Source of the DNA: Candidatus Methanospirareceae archaeon
GTDB lineage: Archaea; Halobacteriota; Syntropharchaeia; Alkanophagales; Methanospirareceae
DNA: 64,000 bases
Assembly (NCBI GenBank): GCA_049975405.1
Contig: JBNGDK010000004.1
Coordinates: forward strand, 270-64,269
Direction of reading: 5' to 3'
The notes under the pieces are model-generated. The model did not search any database. It was not told the origin of the DNA and worked only from the letters and a program-made list of their open reading frames with translations. Position numbers and translations under genes: made by a program. Position 1 is the stretch's first letter; every line of letters starts with the position of its first letter. Positions 28,972-38,351 of this stretch are shown here, one piece after another.

Positions 28972-29755
28972 ATCGCTGGGCGTTCGTGGCCTCAGTTGTA
29001 TCGTCGAAGTACAGGATCGGACAATCCTTATTGACCCTGGCGTTGCGCTCGGCTATACCCGTCACGGGCTCCTCCCCCACCCTTTACAGGTCGCTGTCGG
29101 CGTGAGCGTGCGTCAGAAGATTCTCACAACTTTGGCGGATGCGACGGACGTGGTGCTCAGCCATCTTCACGGCGATCATGTCCCGTTGATCAATGCAAAC
29201 CCGTATCAGCTCGCCGCACAGGACGCAGCTACAGCATGTCGGAATCAGGGTCGAAAACGCAGGTTCTGGTCGAAAGGGCCTCAGGGACTCTCACATAACA
29301 TGCAAAGCCGAATAAGTACGCTCCAGGAGCTGCTGGACGATGAATTCATGATCGCCGAGGGGTTGAATGACGGCTGCATGAGCTTCTCCTCGTCTGTTCC
29401 GCATGGCTGCCGCGGCGAGGGCGGTGGCATGGTGATGATGACAAGGATCGCCGACGGAAAAGAGGTATTTGTGCACGCGTCGGATATCCAGCTGCTCGAT
29501 GAAGATGCGGTTACCCGCGTCATCGCGTGGCAGCCAACGGTCGTATTCGCATCTGGCCCGCCACTGTATCTCCCACACCTGGCACAGAAACAGCGGAAAG
29601 TGGCGTGGATCAATGCCGTTCGGCTCGCCCGTGACAGTGACACACTCATTCTCGACCACCACGTAATGCGGTCAAAGGCCGGGGAACGGTGGCTCGATAA
29701 GCTGGCGGCTGTGACCGAGCATCGTGTTTGCTGCGCGGCTGATTTCATGGGATAG
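28940..29755 (+). CDS. MBL-fold metallo-hydrolase-like protein
   Basis: 271 aa with LSHLHGDH. It overlaps the 3' end of cobB, and the true start is probably MRIEILG at about 28946. Confidence 0.5.
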   Translation: MLMRIEILGTESLGVRGLSCIVEVQDRTILIDPGVALGYTRHGLLPHPLQVAVGVSVRQKILTTLADATDVVLSHLHGDHVPLINANPYQLAAQDAATACRNQGRKRRFWSKGPQGLSHNMQSRISTLQELLDDEFMIAEGLNDGCMSFSSSVPHGCRGEGGGMVMMTRIADGKEVFVHASDIQLLDEDAVTRVIAWQPTVVFASGPPLYLPHLAQKQRKVAWINAVRLARDSDTLILDHHVMRSKAGERWLDKLAAVTEHRVCCAADFMG

Positions 29756-29932
29756 CATCGTTTGCTGCTTGAAGCATGGCGACAACGGCTATATGCTGAA
29801 CTGCCCGTGCCTGAAGGCTGGCATGCTGCGTACGCACGCGGCAAGGTTGATCCGAGCCCCTATGGCGACTGGCTGCCGCGAGTCGAGCAGTGGTAACAGA
29901 GTGGGCAGGACCGTGTGGCTAAAGTGGTTTGA

Positions 29933-31108
29933 TTATAACGCATGAAAGTAAGCCTCCATCCGATCAAACCCTGTGTGGATCTCAGCTTCCGAGACGCAGA
30001 ATGACAGGCGTAAATGGCGCTCACCGGTCGGCCCGAATGCGATGCCGGGCGTGGTGGAGACACGGGCCTCTTGCAGAAGCTTCTTACAGAATCTTAGTGA
30101 ATCCTTACCTGCTTCAATGAGGATCTCGGGGAACATGAGGTATGAGCCCTCGGGTTTGTGGTACGCGAAGACCGAATCAAGGCTATTTAGACGCTCGCAC
30201 ATCACGTCACGAGCCGCGCGATAATGCTTACGGAAGTCCGCTACGCACTCCTGCGAGCCGCGTAAGGCCGCGAGTGCTGCGTATTGCGAGACCACCGGCG
30301 CACAGATGGCAAAGGGGATATGCGCCTTGAGAATCTGCGGAACGAGCTGCTCGTCCGCATGCAGGTAGCCAATCCGCCAGCCGGTCATCGCATAGGTCTT
30401 CGTGAAGGTGAAACAGCTCACCACATTGGATCTTAGCTCGGGTATCGATGCGATGCTGAAATGGCGGTGCCCGTCAAAGGTGAAATATTCATAGGCCTCA
30501 TCCGTGATGACCATGAGATCATGCTCCAGCGCGATGTCCGCTATCTGGCGAAGCTGCTGCTCAGAGAAGACAGTTCCCGTAGGATTACTGGGCGTGCAGT
30601 ACATAATTGCTCGTGTCTTCGACGTGATTGCCTTGCTGATCGCATCGAGATCAATACGAAAGCCCTCAGCTTCGAGCGTCGGCACGAGTACAGGTTTCCC
30701 GGAAGCGAGCATGACCTGCTGGATGTGTGTCGCGTAGGCTGGCGAAGGGAGAATGACCTCATCACCCGGATTGATCGCGGCCATTACGGCGGCTGAGAGG
30801 CCTTCCACTGCGCCAACGGTCACCACGAGCTCTAAGACGGTGGCATCGATCCTGTTGTCCCGCTTGAGTTTGTACGCGATCTCTTCGCGTAACTCGGGCA
30901 AGCCAGAGCTTTCGGAATAGCCGCCGACCAGACCCTGCCTGATCGCTGAGATTGCCGCCTCTTTAATATGCGCGGGTGTATCCACCGTTGGCTTCGCCCA
31001 TGATAAGAGCACGACGTCGTTGACCGTTTTGGAGAGCACAGTCATCTCGTTGATTGCTGATTTCGGGATCTGACGCACGCGATCAGAAACAAGTGGAGTA
31101 GCTTTCAT
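29933..31108 (-). CDS. PLP-dependent aminotransferase, class I (aspartate/aromatic aminotransferase-like)
   Basis: 391 aa with an SFSKTYAMTGWRIGY PLP-lysine region. Confidence 0.8.
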   Translation of the reverse strand: MKATPLVSDRVRQIPKSAINEMTVLSKTVNDVVLLSWAKPTVDTPAHIKEAAISAIRQGLVGGYSESSGLPELREEIAYKLKRDNRIDATVLELVVTVGAVEGLSAAVMAAINPGDEVILPSPAYATHIQQVMLASGKPVLVPTLEAEGFRIDLDAISKAITSKTRAIMYCTPSNPTGTVFSEQQLRQIADIALEHDLMVITDEAYEYFTFDGHRHFSIASIPELRSNVVSCFTFTKTYAMTGWRIGYLHADEQLVPQILKAHIPFAICAPVVSQYAALAALRGSQECVADFRKHYRAARDVMCERLNSLDSVFAYHKPEGSYLMFPEILIEAGKDSLRFCKKLLQEARVSTTPGIAFGPTGERHLRLSFCVSEAEIHTGFDRMEAYFHAL

Positions 31109-31290
31109 TTCATTTTCTCACGATCGGTTACTTTTTACCTTCCAACCACACCCACATATACCTTTCCCCCCCTGCTCTCGAATATGTAAACGTAAGAACA
31201 CCAAAGGTGCTTTTCTCTTCCTGCAGTATACTCATGAATATCCTCGCAATGCCGGTCTCGTAGTACGGTACTTCCCGTAGTCGTTCACTG

Positions 31291-31647
31291 GTGATCATCG
31301 AGCTGTTCATTGTGAGAGCATGCAACAGAATTATGGGGCAAAAGAAGATGGCACTCCCGGACGAAGTGAGCGAGAATTTGAAAGAGGTGTTGAGCGCATG
31401 GCTCGAGAATTTCGAGCCGATCGCGGAAGCAGAACGTGAGTTTTTGGCGCGGATCGGCATCGAGCCGACACGAGAAACGATGGTAAGCTATACCGCGGGC
31501 GTTGTTGATACGGTCGTCGGCAGCTATGTCCATACACTCTTCAATCGCGGTATGACCGAGGAAGAAGATGCAGAAATGATCGCGGTCTTTAAAGAGAAAC
31601 TACCTGAGCTCGAGCGCAAGCTGGATGAATTTCTCAGTAAGGACTAA
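31291..31647 (+). CDS. Small hypothetical protein
   Basis: 118 aa by the track. The more likely start is the ATG at about 31333 (MGQKKMALPDE...). No recognisable domain was found. Confidence 0.35.
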   Translation: MIIELFIVRACNRIMGQKKMALPDEVSENLKEVLSAWLENFEPIAEAEREFLARIGIEPTRETMVSYTAGVVDTVVGSYVHTLFNRGMTEEEDAEMIAVFKEKLPELERKLDEFLSKD

Positions 31648-31680
31648 CGTAACGGGGTCTGCTTTAGCGGTGGCACAACG

Positions 31681-33078
31681 GTGACGGATCGCGAGGTTTC
31701 GGTTGCGCGCGCACGGACGGACGCAACGGAAGGTGTGAAGACGCTGCTTGGCGATCCAAAGCGTGCGATTTGGAAGCTCGCACTGCCCATGATCGCCGCG
31801 ATGTCGATCCAGACGATCTACAATCTCGTGGACGCTTTTTGGGTTGCGGGTATCGGCGCGGACGCGCTCGCCGGCATTGGGTTCGTCTTTCCGTTCTTCT
31901 TCTTCGCGATGGCGCTCTCCAACGGGCTGGGCGTGGGCACCGGCTCGGCACTTGCGCGCCGAATCGGCGCGCAGGACAAAGCGGGTGCGGACAATGTCGC
32001 GGTTCATACGCTCATTATCATGGTGATCCTCGCCGTTCTCTATACCGTTCCGCTGGTAGTATTTGCCGAGGAGCTCTTTATCCGCATTGGAGCCGGCGCG
32101 ACGGTGTCCATGGCGGTCGCGTACGGTCAGGTCATCTTTGCGGGCAGCATGTTCCTCTTCTTCTCGAACGTCGCGAATGCGATCCTGCGCGGCGAGGGCG
32201 ATGCGAAACGTGCAATGTACGCAATGGCGCTGGGCGCTGGCCTGAACATTGTCCTTGATCCGATCTTCATCTATACGCTCGGGCTCGGCATCGCGGGAGC
32301 GGCCTGGGCGACTGTGCTCTCGCTCGGCATCACCTCACTCCTCATGCTCAACTGGCTGCTCTTCAAACGCGACACCTACGTATCGTTCGCCTTCCGCGAT
32401 TTCGCCTTTGATCGCGCCATCGTCAGAGACCTGTTCAGCGTTGGACTGCCGTCCGCGGCAATGCAGCTCTCCATGTCGCTCACCATGCTCGTCCTGAACG
32501 TGATCATCGTGATGGTGGATACAACGGACGGTGTCGCGGTCTACTCGACCGGCTGGCGGGTGGCGAGTATGGCTACGCTGCCCACGATCGGGATCGCAAC
32601 TGCAGTGGTGCCGGTCACCGGCGCCGCTTATGGCGCGCGTGTCTTCAACCGATTGAGCATTGCGCATTTCTATGCCATCAAGATCGGGCTACTGCTGGAG
32701 ACCGTGATAGCCATTGCTACCTTCGTCTTCGCGCCGCAGATCGCAGCGGCCTTCACACAAGCGGAAGCGGCCGCACGGATCGCACCTGATCTGACGCTTT
32801 TTCTCAGGATCATCTGCCTTTTCTACCCCTCTATCTCGTTCGGTATGCTCTCTTCAGCGGTCTTTCAGGGCACGGGCAAGGGTGTGAACGCACTGCTCGT
32901 TACCCTTTTGCGCACGATCATTCTCACCGTACTGCTCGCGTTTCTCTTTGCCGTCGTCTTCGGCTGGGGACTCGTAGGTGTCTGGTGGGGGCTGGTAACC
33001 GCGAATATCGTTGGTGCGTTCATCGCGTTCACCTGGGTGCGGCTGTATATCCGGGCGCTGGTGAAAATACGATCGTAG
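31681..33078 (+). CDS. MATE-family efflux transporter
   Basis: 465 aa with 12 predicted TM helices and a MATE-like N-terminus, LALPMIAAMSIQTIYNLVD. Confidence 0.85.
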   Translation: MTDREVSVARARTDATEGVKTLLGDPKRAIWKLALPMIAAMSIQTIYNLVDAFWVAGIGADALAGIGFVFPFFFFAMALSNGLGVGTGSALARRIGAQDKAGADNVAVHTLIIMVILAVLYTVPLVVFAEELFIRIGAGATVSMAVAYGQVIFAGSMFLFFSNVANAILRGEGDAKRAMYAMALGAGLNIVLDPIFIYTLGLGIAGAAWATVLSLGITSLLMLNWLLFKRDTYVSFAFRDFAFDRAIVRDLFSVGLPSAAMQLSMSLTMLVLNVIIVMVDTTDGVAVYSTGWRVASMATLPTIGIATAVVPVTGAAYGARVFNRLSIAHFYAIKIGLLLETVIAIATFVFAPQIAAAFTQAEAAARIAPDLTLFLRIICLFYPSISFGMLSSAVFQGTGKGVNALLVTLLRTIILTVLLAFLFAVVFGWGLVGVWWGLVTANIVGAFIAFTWVRLYIRALVKIRS

Positions 33079-33079
33079 G

Positions 33080-33307
33080 TGGCGAACTTCCACGAACTTC
33101 TACGGCTTGAGAGCGGACGCGCCGGTGGTTTACGACAACGGCCTGCTGCGGCAGCTCTCGTGGCTAGAAAGCGTTCGGGCGCAATCGTTCCCGGACGAGT
33201 ACTACTTCGCGGGGACGGTGGCGCAAAAATACCACCGACTCGGCGATGCCGTGCCGCCTAAGCTTGCGGAAGCGATCGCGCGGAGCATCAGGGAGCTTGA
33301 GAGGTGA
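33080..33307 (+). pseudogene. C-terminal remnant of a DNA cytosine-5 methyltransferase
   Basis: The frame opens right after the in-frame stop at 33062-64. The motif LSWLESVRAQSFPDEYYFAGTVAQKYHRLGDAVPPKLAEAIARSI matches the conserved C-terminal block of Dcm-type C5-MTases (..QSFPDD..F.GS...QY.QIGNAVPP.LA.AIA..I). Only about 65 codons survive, and they directly abut the MATE gene stop. Confidence 0.6.
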
Positions 33308-33328
33308 AGTGAAGAAAGAAAACTGGTC

Positions 33329-33532
33329 TTGATCATCCCTAAGCACAAAACCATTCGCATGATGCGGAATGCGAACCACGAAGCATGCTGGTCCGACATC
33401 AAGGATAAAGCACGGCGCATAAGAACGGTCGTTGACGACTCGGGTGCGGTCTACGATGTCTACAGGATCTCAGCTAAAGATCTTTTGTTTGTGATGATCA
33501 AGCAAGCGCACCCCAACACCCGCCCGGCGTAA
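33329..33532 (+). CDS. Small ORF of unknown function, possibly a further remnant of the decayed modification locus
   Basis: 67 aa with no recognisable domain. Confidence 0.2.
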   Translation: MIIPKHKTIRMMRNANHEACWSDIKDKARRIRTVVDDSGAVYDVYRISAKDLLFVMIKQAHPNTRPA

Positions 33533-33634
33533 CCATCAAAAATCCGCTAACACGCCCATTCAGGATGTTGTGGTTCGTTCTCATGCGCAAGTTTATATAC
33601 TGTATACATTTCCGACGTTATTGGGGTACAATTT

Positions 33635-33916
33635 ATGGGAAGAGAACCGTCAGAAGGCAAACCATTAGAAGACGCGCACATCTTAACACATCCTGTAAGG
33701 CACCGGATCGTGGAGCTGCTCGCGAAAAGGCCGATGCCCATCGACGCGCTGAGCAGAGCATTGGACGAAAAGAGGGGGCTCGTCGCGTACCATCTCGATA
33801 CGTTGCAAGAGCACGGATTCGTGAAGAGCGACTACGGACTCCTCTTACTGCTAGAGTCGGAGCAGAGAATAACGGCACTGAGGTTTACACGGCGACCGAT
33901 AAGGTGGCGTATGTAA
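33635..33916 (+). CDS. Winged-helix (ArsR-like) transcriptional regulator
   Basis: 93 aa. LTHPVRHRIVELLAKRPMPIDALSRALDEKRGLVAYHLDTLQEHGFV is an ArsR/HTH-5 pattern. Confidence 0.6.
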   Translation: MGREPSEGKPLEDAHILTHPVRHRIVELLAKRPMPIDALSRALDEKRGLVAYHLDTLQEHGFVKSDYGLLLLLESEQRITALRFTRRPIRWRM

Positions 33917-34042
33917 GTGAAGGCCGCGCTGAAGAAGGCGTTTTGAGTTAAACTAAGTCAACGAGCTTTCGAGTTTAAGTTCAGTTCGATCTTAAAATTA
34001 TATAGTGCAGCACGTAGTGCGCGCATCCAGGGGCTGTTTACC

Positions 34043-34792
34043 GTGCCTTCTAGTAGCTCACATGTCGAGGAAGCGAAGCCGCCCGCGCACCGCAGACGCG
34101 GCGGAACAGTTCCGTCACGAGCCAGCATATCCACCGGGCTGCCACGGCTCGATCCCTATTTAGGTGCATTCAAGGCGGGCAGTGTGAGCCTGATTGAGGG
34201 CAACCATCCTTTCATCTCCGAGGTGCTCTCCCTGCTCGCCATCAACACGATCACGCACCTGGAAAAATCGGTCGTGTACGTGGATGGCGGGAATTCCATT
34301 GATCCTTACCTCATTGCGACGCTCGCCAAGCGATCAGGGGTAAAACCGGCTAAGGTACTTCCGCAGATCCTGGTTGCACGGGCGTTCACCGCGTATCAAC
34401 TGGACACTATCATCTCAGATCGACTCGAAGCGGAGCTCGATCAGGCGAAGCCAGGCCTGCTGATCGTTGCTCGCATTACAGATCTCTTCATGGATCGTGC
34501 GGTGATGGAGAAGGAAGCGCTCGCCATGTTAACACGATGCGTTTCATGCATCGAAACGAGCACTCACGACCGGCAATTGATCACCGTGGTCACGAAGCGG
34601 CGGCGAGCGCCCTCGTCACGCGCGCTGGCGTTTGACGAGGTTTTCGCGAAGCTCGCGGAAGAGCGGATCGGCGTAGAGCGCAGGAAAAAGGGCGTCAGGC
34701 TACGCCAGCACACGCGTGGTAGCCTCATGGATTACGTGCCACTTTCGATCTATCAAACGACCCTGGATGAGTTCATAGGCGGTGGTACGTGA
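34043..34792 (+). CDS. RadB/KaiC-like RecA-superfamily protein lacking the Walker A motif (predicted inactive ATPase)
   Basis: 249 aa. The layout is RadB-like: STGLPRLDPYLGAFKAGSVSLIEG...VVYVDGGNSIDPY...PGLLIVARITDLF. The P-loop position reads IEGNHPFISEV, and there is no GK[ST] anywhere in the protein. Confidence 0.6.
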   Translation: MPSSSSHVEEAKPPAHRRRGGTVPSRASISTGLPRLDPYLGAFKAGSVSLIEGNHPFISEVLSLLAINTITHLEKSVVYVDGGNSIDPYLIATLAKRSGVKPAKVLPQILVARAFTAYQLDTIISDRLEAELDQAKPGLLIVARITDLFMDRAVMEKEALAMLTRCVSCIETSTHDRQLITVVTKRRRAPSSRALAFDEVFAKLAEERIGVERRKKGVRLRQHTRGSLMDYVPLSIYQTTLDEFIGGGT

Positions 34793-35069
34793 AATGGGCA
34801 GGACGGTCCGCACGTATCGGACGGTGCTGGAAGAGCTGATCGCTGACTGGGAACGGTTCAGGAAAGCATTGCGGAAAGAGGATCGGGAAGCGTTCGATCG
34901 CCTGATGGAGAAAGCGCGCACACACGCCAGCGCGGCCAGCTACGATGCGCGCTTTGATCCCAGCGAATCACTCTTCATGTCTATCCTGGTGGAACTGGAA
35001 CGTGAGCTCGAGGAGCTGCGAACGAAACTCGATAAGTTGGAGAAGCAGCAGGAGGAGCAGGAGCAGTGA
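34782..35069 (+). CDS. Coiled-coil protein, middle gene of the RadB-like/PolB-paralog operon
   Basis: About 92-95 aa. The likely start is the ATG at 34794, 2 nt after the upstream stop. The C-terminus is LERELEELRTKLDKLEKQQEEQEQ. Its stop overlaps the downstream GTG start (GTGA at 35066-69). Confidence 0.45.
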   Translation: MVREMGRTVRTYRTVLEELIADWERFRKALRKEDREAFDRLMEKARTHASAASYDARFDPSESLFMSILVELERELEELRTKLDKLEKQQEEQEQ

Positions 35070-37294
35070 ACGGCTGGGTACTCGACGTTGGTGCGGATTA
35101 TGGACAGAACCGTATTGTTCTCTGGCTGAAGCAGGAGAATGGTGCGGTCGAAGCGGTGGAATGCCCCTTCTTTCCCTCGCTGTATGTGCACGCGGCGCCC
35201 GCGAACCTGCAGGAACTGGAAGAGACCTTTGAGGGCGAGCCGTTCATCAACGCACTGGCGTACGAGGAGAAACGGCTGTGGCCGGGCGAGCCTGCGCAGG
35301 AGGTGTTAAGAATCACGCTCGCGGAGTACCGGATGCTCATGAAGCTCGCGCGCGAGATTGACGAGATGGGTGATTACGCGCTCTATGAGCTCTTCAACGT
35401 GGACCTCAGTATCCCCACGGCGTTTATGCTGGAGAAGGGCATCGTCCCGATGGCGCAGATCGCACTTACCGGCGAGTATGAGTTCGAGGTGCTCGAAGAC
35501 CTTACCGCTATTGATTACCCGCTCCCGGAGCTCCGTAGCATCAGCCTGGAATGCAAGGTCACGGCTACAAGCCCGCAGATGGCTGCATGTTGTCCATTAT
35601 CCGGGCTCCTACTCGATCGCCAGCCGGTGGCTGGTCACACTGAGCGGGATGTACTCAGTGGACTCATTGACGCGATCACTGCTGCAGACCCCGACATTGT
35701 GTACACCACTAATGGCGATGCGTTCCTTATCCCGTACCTCATGAACCGTGCAAGGCTCAACGAGCTCGATGACTTCTATCTCGGCCGCGGACGCGACCTC
35801 AGTCCGGTGGGGCAGCCGAAGTCCTATTTCAGCTACGGGCGCGTGATCTACCGGCCACCAAAATGCCGCTTCAACGGCCGGATACACATCGATCAGAGCA
35901 GCTCATTCCTCTTCCGCGAGGGCGGGCTCCCTGGCTTGATCGAGCTCGCGCGACTGTCACGGATTCCACTGCAATCGCTCTCTCGCGTGACGCCCGGCAC
36001 GGTGATCACCGCGATGCAAATCGCGGAAGCGTCGCAGGAGAACGTCCTCATTCGCTGGAAGAAGAACGTGCCTGAGGCGTTTAAAGACGCCCAAACGCTC
36101 TTCCTCGCCGATCGCGGTGGTATGATCTACGGTCCCCACGTGGGCATCCACGAAAACGTGGTGGAGATCGACTTCACCTCGCTCTACCCTACCATTATGG
36201 TAAAGCAGAACATCTCGCCTGAGACCGTGCTCTGCTCGTGCTGTCCTGAGAGCAGCCACCGTGTTCCCGTGATCGATTACCCGATCTGCGAGCAGCGGGT
36301 GGGGCTGATCCCGCGTGTCCTGGAGCCGGTGATCGAGCGCCGGAGTGAATACAAGCGGCGTGTGAAATCGAACAGATGGCGGGACTCGCACGCGATCTAT
36401 AAGGCGCGGAAGAACGTCCTGAAATGGATCCTCGTCACCTGTTTCGGCTACACCGGCTACAAAAATGCTCGGTTCGGCCGGATCGAATGCCACGAAGCGA
36501 TCAATGCGTACGGCAGAGAGCTGCTGCTCCAGACCGCGCAGATAGCGGAAGAGCGTGGCTATGAGGTGCTCCACGGGATCATCGATTCGCTCTGGTTGAA
36601 GGGCGGCGCGCGGAATGCACGCGACCATGAGCGATTGCGGCAAGCGATCGAGCACGAGACAGGCATGCCACTGGAGCTCGAGGGCGTGTATCGCTGGGTC
36701 GTCTTTCTGCCCCGGAAGGGCGGGGTCATTGGTGCGCTGAACCGTTACTACGGGCTCTTTGTAGACGGCACGGTGAAGGTCCGTGGCCTGGAGCTGAGGC
36801 GCAGCGATACGCCACTGCTGATCAGGAACGCACAGCTGGACATGCTGAAGGTTATGGCCAGGGCAGATACCGTGGCGGCGTTGTACGAGCTCATGCCGGA
36901 CGTTATCGAGGTTCTCCGTGGTTATGCCGATCGCATAGTGAACAACGAGTGCGCGTTGGATGAGCTGGTCTTCACGCCCGTGGTCTCACGCGAGCTCGAG
37001 TTCTATTCGCACCTGACAAACAACGCCGCATGCTTGTTCCAGTTGAAGCGGCGCGGACGATCCGTGCACCCAGGCGAGCAAATACAGTATATCGTGACCG
37101 ATGCAGGCTCAGGGCGGTATGCAAAAAAGGTCAAGGCCTGGGAACTGGTGAAAGGCACAGAGCAGTACGATAAGAAGTGCTACGTCCGCTATGTGCTCCG
37201 GGCCGGCGAGAGCATCCTCTCGCCGTTCGGGTATACAGAACGCAAACTGGCAGAGCTCATCAAACCCACACGACAGGTGATGCTTCCGGTCTAG
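35066..37294 (+). CDS. Family-B DNA polymerase paralog with a dead 3'-5' exonuclease and a degenerate motif C (inactivated-PolB-like)
   Basis: 742 aa. The PolB N-terminal domain is intact (MNGWVLDVGADYGQNRIVLWLK...FFPSLYVHA). Exo I FDIE is replaced by ISLECKV. In Exo II (NGDAFLIPYL) the FD aspartate is lost. Motif A is IDFTSLYPTI (Asp kept). Motif B is KWILVTCFGYTGYKNARFG (kept). Motif C YGDTDS is replaced by HGIIDS (one Asp lost). Confidence 0.8.
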   Translation: MNGWVLDVGADYGQNRIVLWLKQENGAVEAVECPFFPSLYVHAAPANLQELEETFEGEPFINALAYEEKRLWPGEPAQEVLRITLAEYRMLMKLAREIDEMGDYALYELFNVDLSIPTAFMLEKGIVPMAQIALTGEYEFEVLEDLTAIDYPLPELRSISLECKVTATSPQMAACCPLSGLLLDRQPVAGHTERDVLSGLIDAITAADPDIVYTTNGDAFLIPYLMNRARLNELDDFYLGRGRDLSPVGQPKSYFSYGRVIYRPPKCRFNGRIHIDQSSSFLFREGGLPGLIELARLSRIPLQSLSRVTPGTVITAMQIAEASQENVLIRWKKNVPEAFKDAQTLFLADRGGMIYGPHVGIHENVVEIDFTSLYPTIMVKQNISPETVLCSCCPESSHRVPVIDYPICEQRVGLIPRVLEPVIERRSEYKRRVKSNRWRDSHAIYKARKNVLKWILVTCFGYTGYKNARFGRIECHEAINAYGRELLLQTAQIAEERGYEVLHGIIDSLWLKGGARNARDHERLRQAIEHETGMPLELEGVYRWVVFLPRKGGVIGALNRYYGLFVDGTVKVRGLELRRSDTPLLIRNAQLDMLKVMARADTVAALYELMPDVIEVLRGYADRIVNNECALDELVFTPVVSRELEFYSHLTNNAACLFQLKRRGRSVHPGEQIQYIVTDAGSGRYAKKVKAWELVKGTEQYDKKCYVRYVLRAGESILSPFGYTERKLAELIKPTRQVMLPV

Positions 37295-37322
37295 CGAAAC
37301 GGCTCTGACTGCAGTAGTTTAT

Positions 37323-38228
37323 CTATACGCGCGTGAGGCGTTCTAACTGCCGTAGAAGGTGCCTCCTGAGCTCTTTTACTGCCAGTGAGGCGGTGAGATG
37401 TCCTTTCTCCAGCGTCGCTATCCGTCGGTTGCCATAGCAGAGCCGTTGACGGTCAAAACGGATAATTTGATCGTGCCGTGCCAGTAGCGGGAACACGTTA
37501 TTCGCTTGTACACGTGCGAACTCCCGCTCGAAGTTGAGCACCGCTCTTAGTTCGTCTGGGCTTGCGCGAGCGAGACGCCCGGTCAGCTTTCGGTAAACAG
37601 ACCTCGTGAAGATGTCGCCAAGCGCCGCACCGGCGAGCAAGGGCACGTAGGCATCAGCGGTATTGTAAAACGCGCGGTGGATATTCGTGACCCAGCCGCC
37701 AAGGCTTATACCGGTAACCATCACGCGATTACCTGTACTCAGTTTGAAGTAGCTCGTAAGATCGTTAATGAGTTTGACGGAGACGGCGAGCATGGCTGCG
37801 AACTTCGCCAAATCGCGCAGTTGCTCCGAGTAGGTCTTCAGCGAGCGCCGGTGAAAGGGCGCGGCGAGCACAATGAGGTTTGCCTGCACGGGCTCTTGCG
37901 AGCAAAGAAAGATCCGCTTGAAGCTCGTATGGCTGAACCAGCGGAAATCAAAGGGGCGCTCTGCGTTCCCATGATGCCAGAGCACGGTTGGATACTCCTC
38001 GCCCAGCCACTGAACGAAATAGAATGCGGGCTTGAAACGTCCAACGAGCGATTCTGCCGTGAGCTCGTAAATCCCCGGACCGTTTATTCGGGGCAGCCGC
38101 AGCTTTGTCCTTGCCAGATGCTCAGCAAGCGGCGGACTCTCGATACTCGCACTAAAGAATTTGTATCGGTTTAGCGCGAGTGCAGAAAGCTCTACTGCGA
38201 GGGCATCGATGAGTGCGTGGTAGTTCAT
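37323..38228 (-). CDS. Alpha/beta-hydrolase fold protein
   Basis: 301 aa with a GISLGGW nucleophile elbow (GxSxG). Confidence 0.55.
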   Translation of the reverse strand: MNYHALIDALAVELSALALNRYKFFSASIESPPLAEHLARTKLRLPRINGPGIYELTAESLVGRFKPAFYFVQWLGEEYPTVLWHHGNAERPFDFRWFSHTSFKRIFLCSQEPVQANLIVLAAPFHRRSLKTYSEQLRDLAKFAAMLAVSVKLINDLTSYFKLSTGNRVMVTGISLGGWVTNIHRAFYNTADAYVPLLAGAALGDIFTRSVYRKLTGRLARASPDELRAVLNFEREFARVQANNVFPLLARHDQIIRFDRQRLCYGNRRIATLEKGHLTASLAVKELRRHLLRQLERLTRV

Positions 38229-38351
38229 GGTGCTGCATCAAACCGGATCGCATTCCAGCCCATGAGATAAACAGAATAGACAGGTATTAAGGAGTAGCAC
38301 ACAGGGTAGGGTCTGTTAAAACCTTTATGGGAGCAATCGGTAAGTACCCTT

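Noticed and set aside
31770-32667. Arg/Gly-rich alternate-frame ORFs inside the MATE transporter gene
   Set aside because: These are GC-rich shadow frames of a clear 12-TM transporter.
33107-33307. Track ORF 33107-33307 treated as a small independent gene
   Set aside because: It is the C-terminal fragment of a C5-methyltransferase with no N-terminal catalytic domain, and the TTG start is an artifact of the ORF caller.
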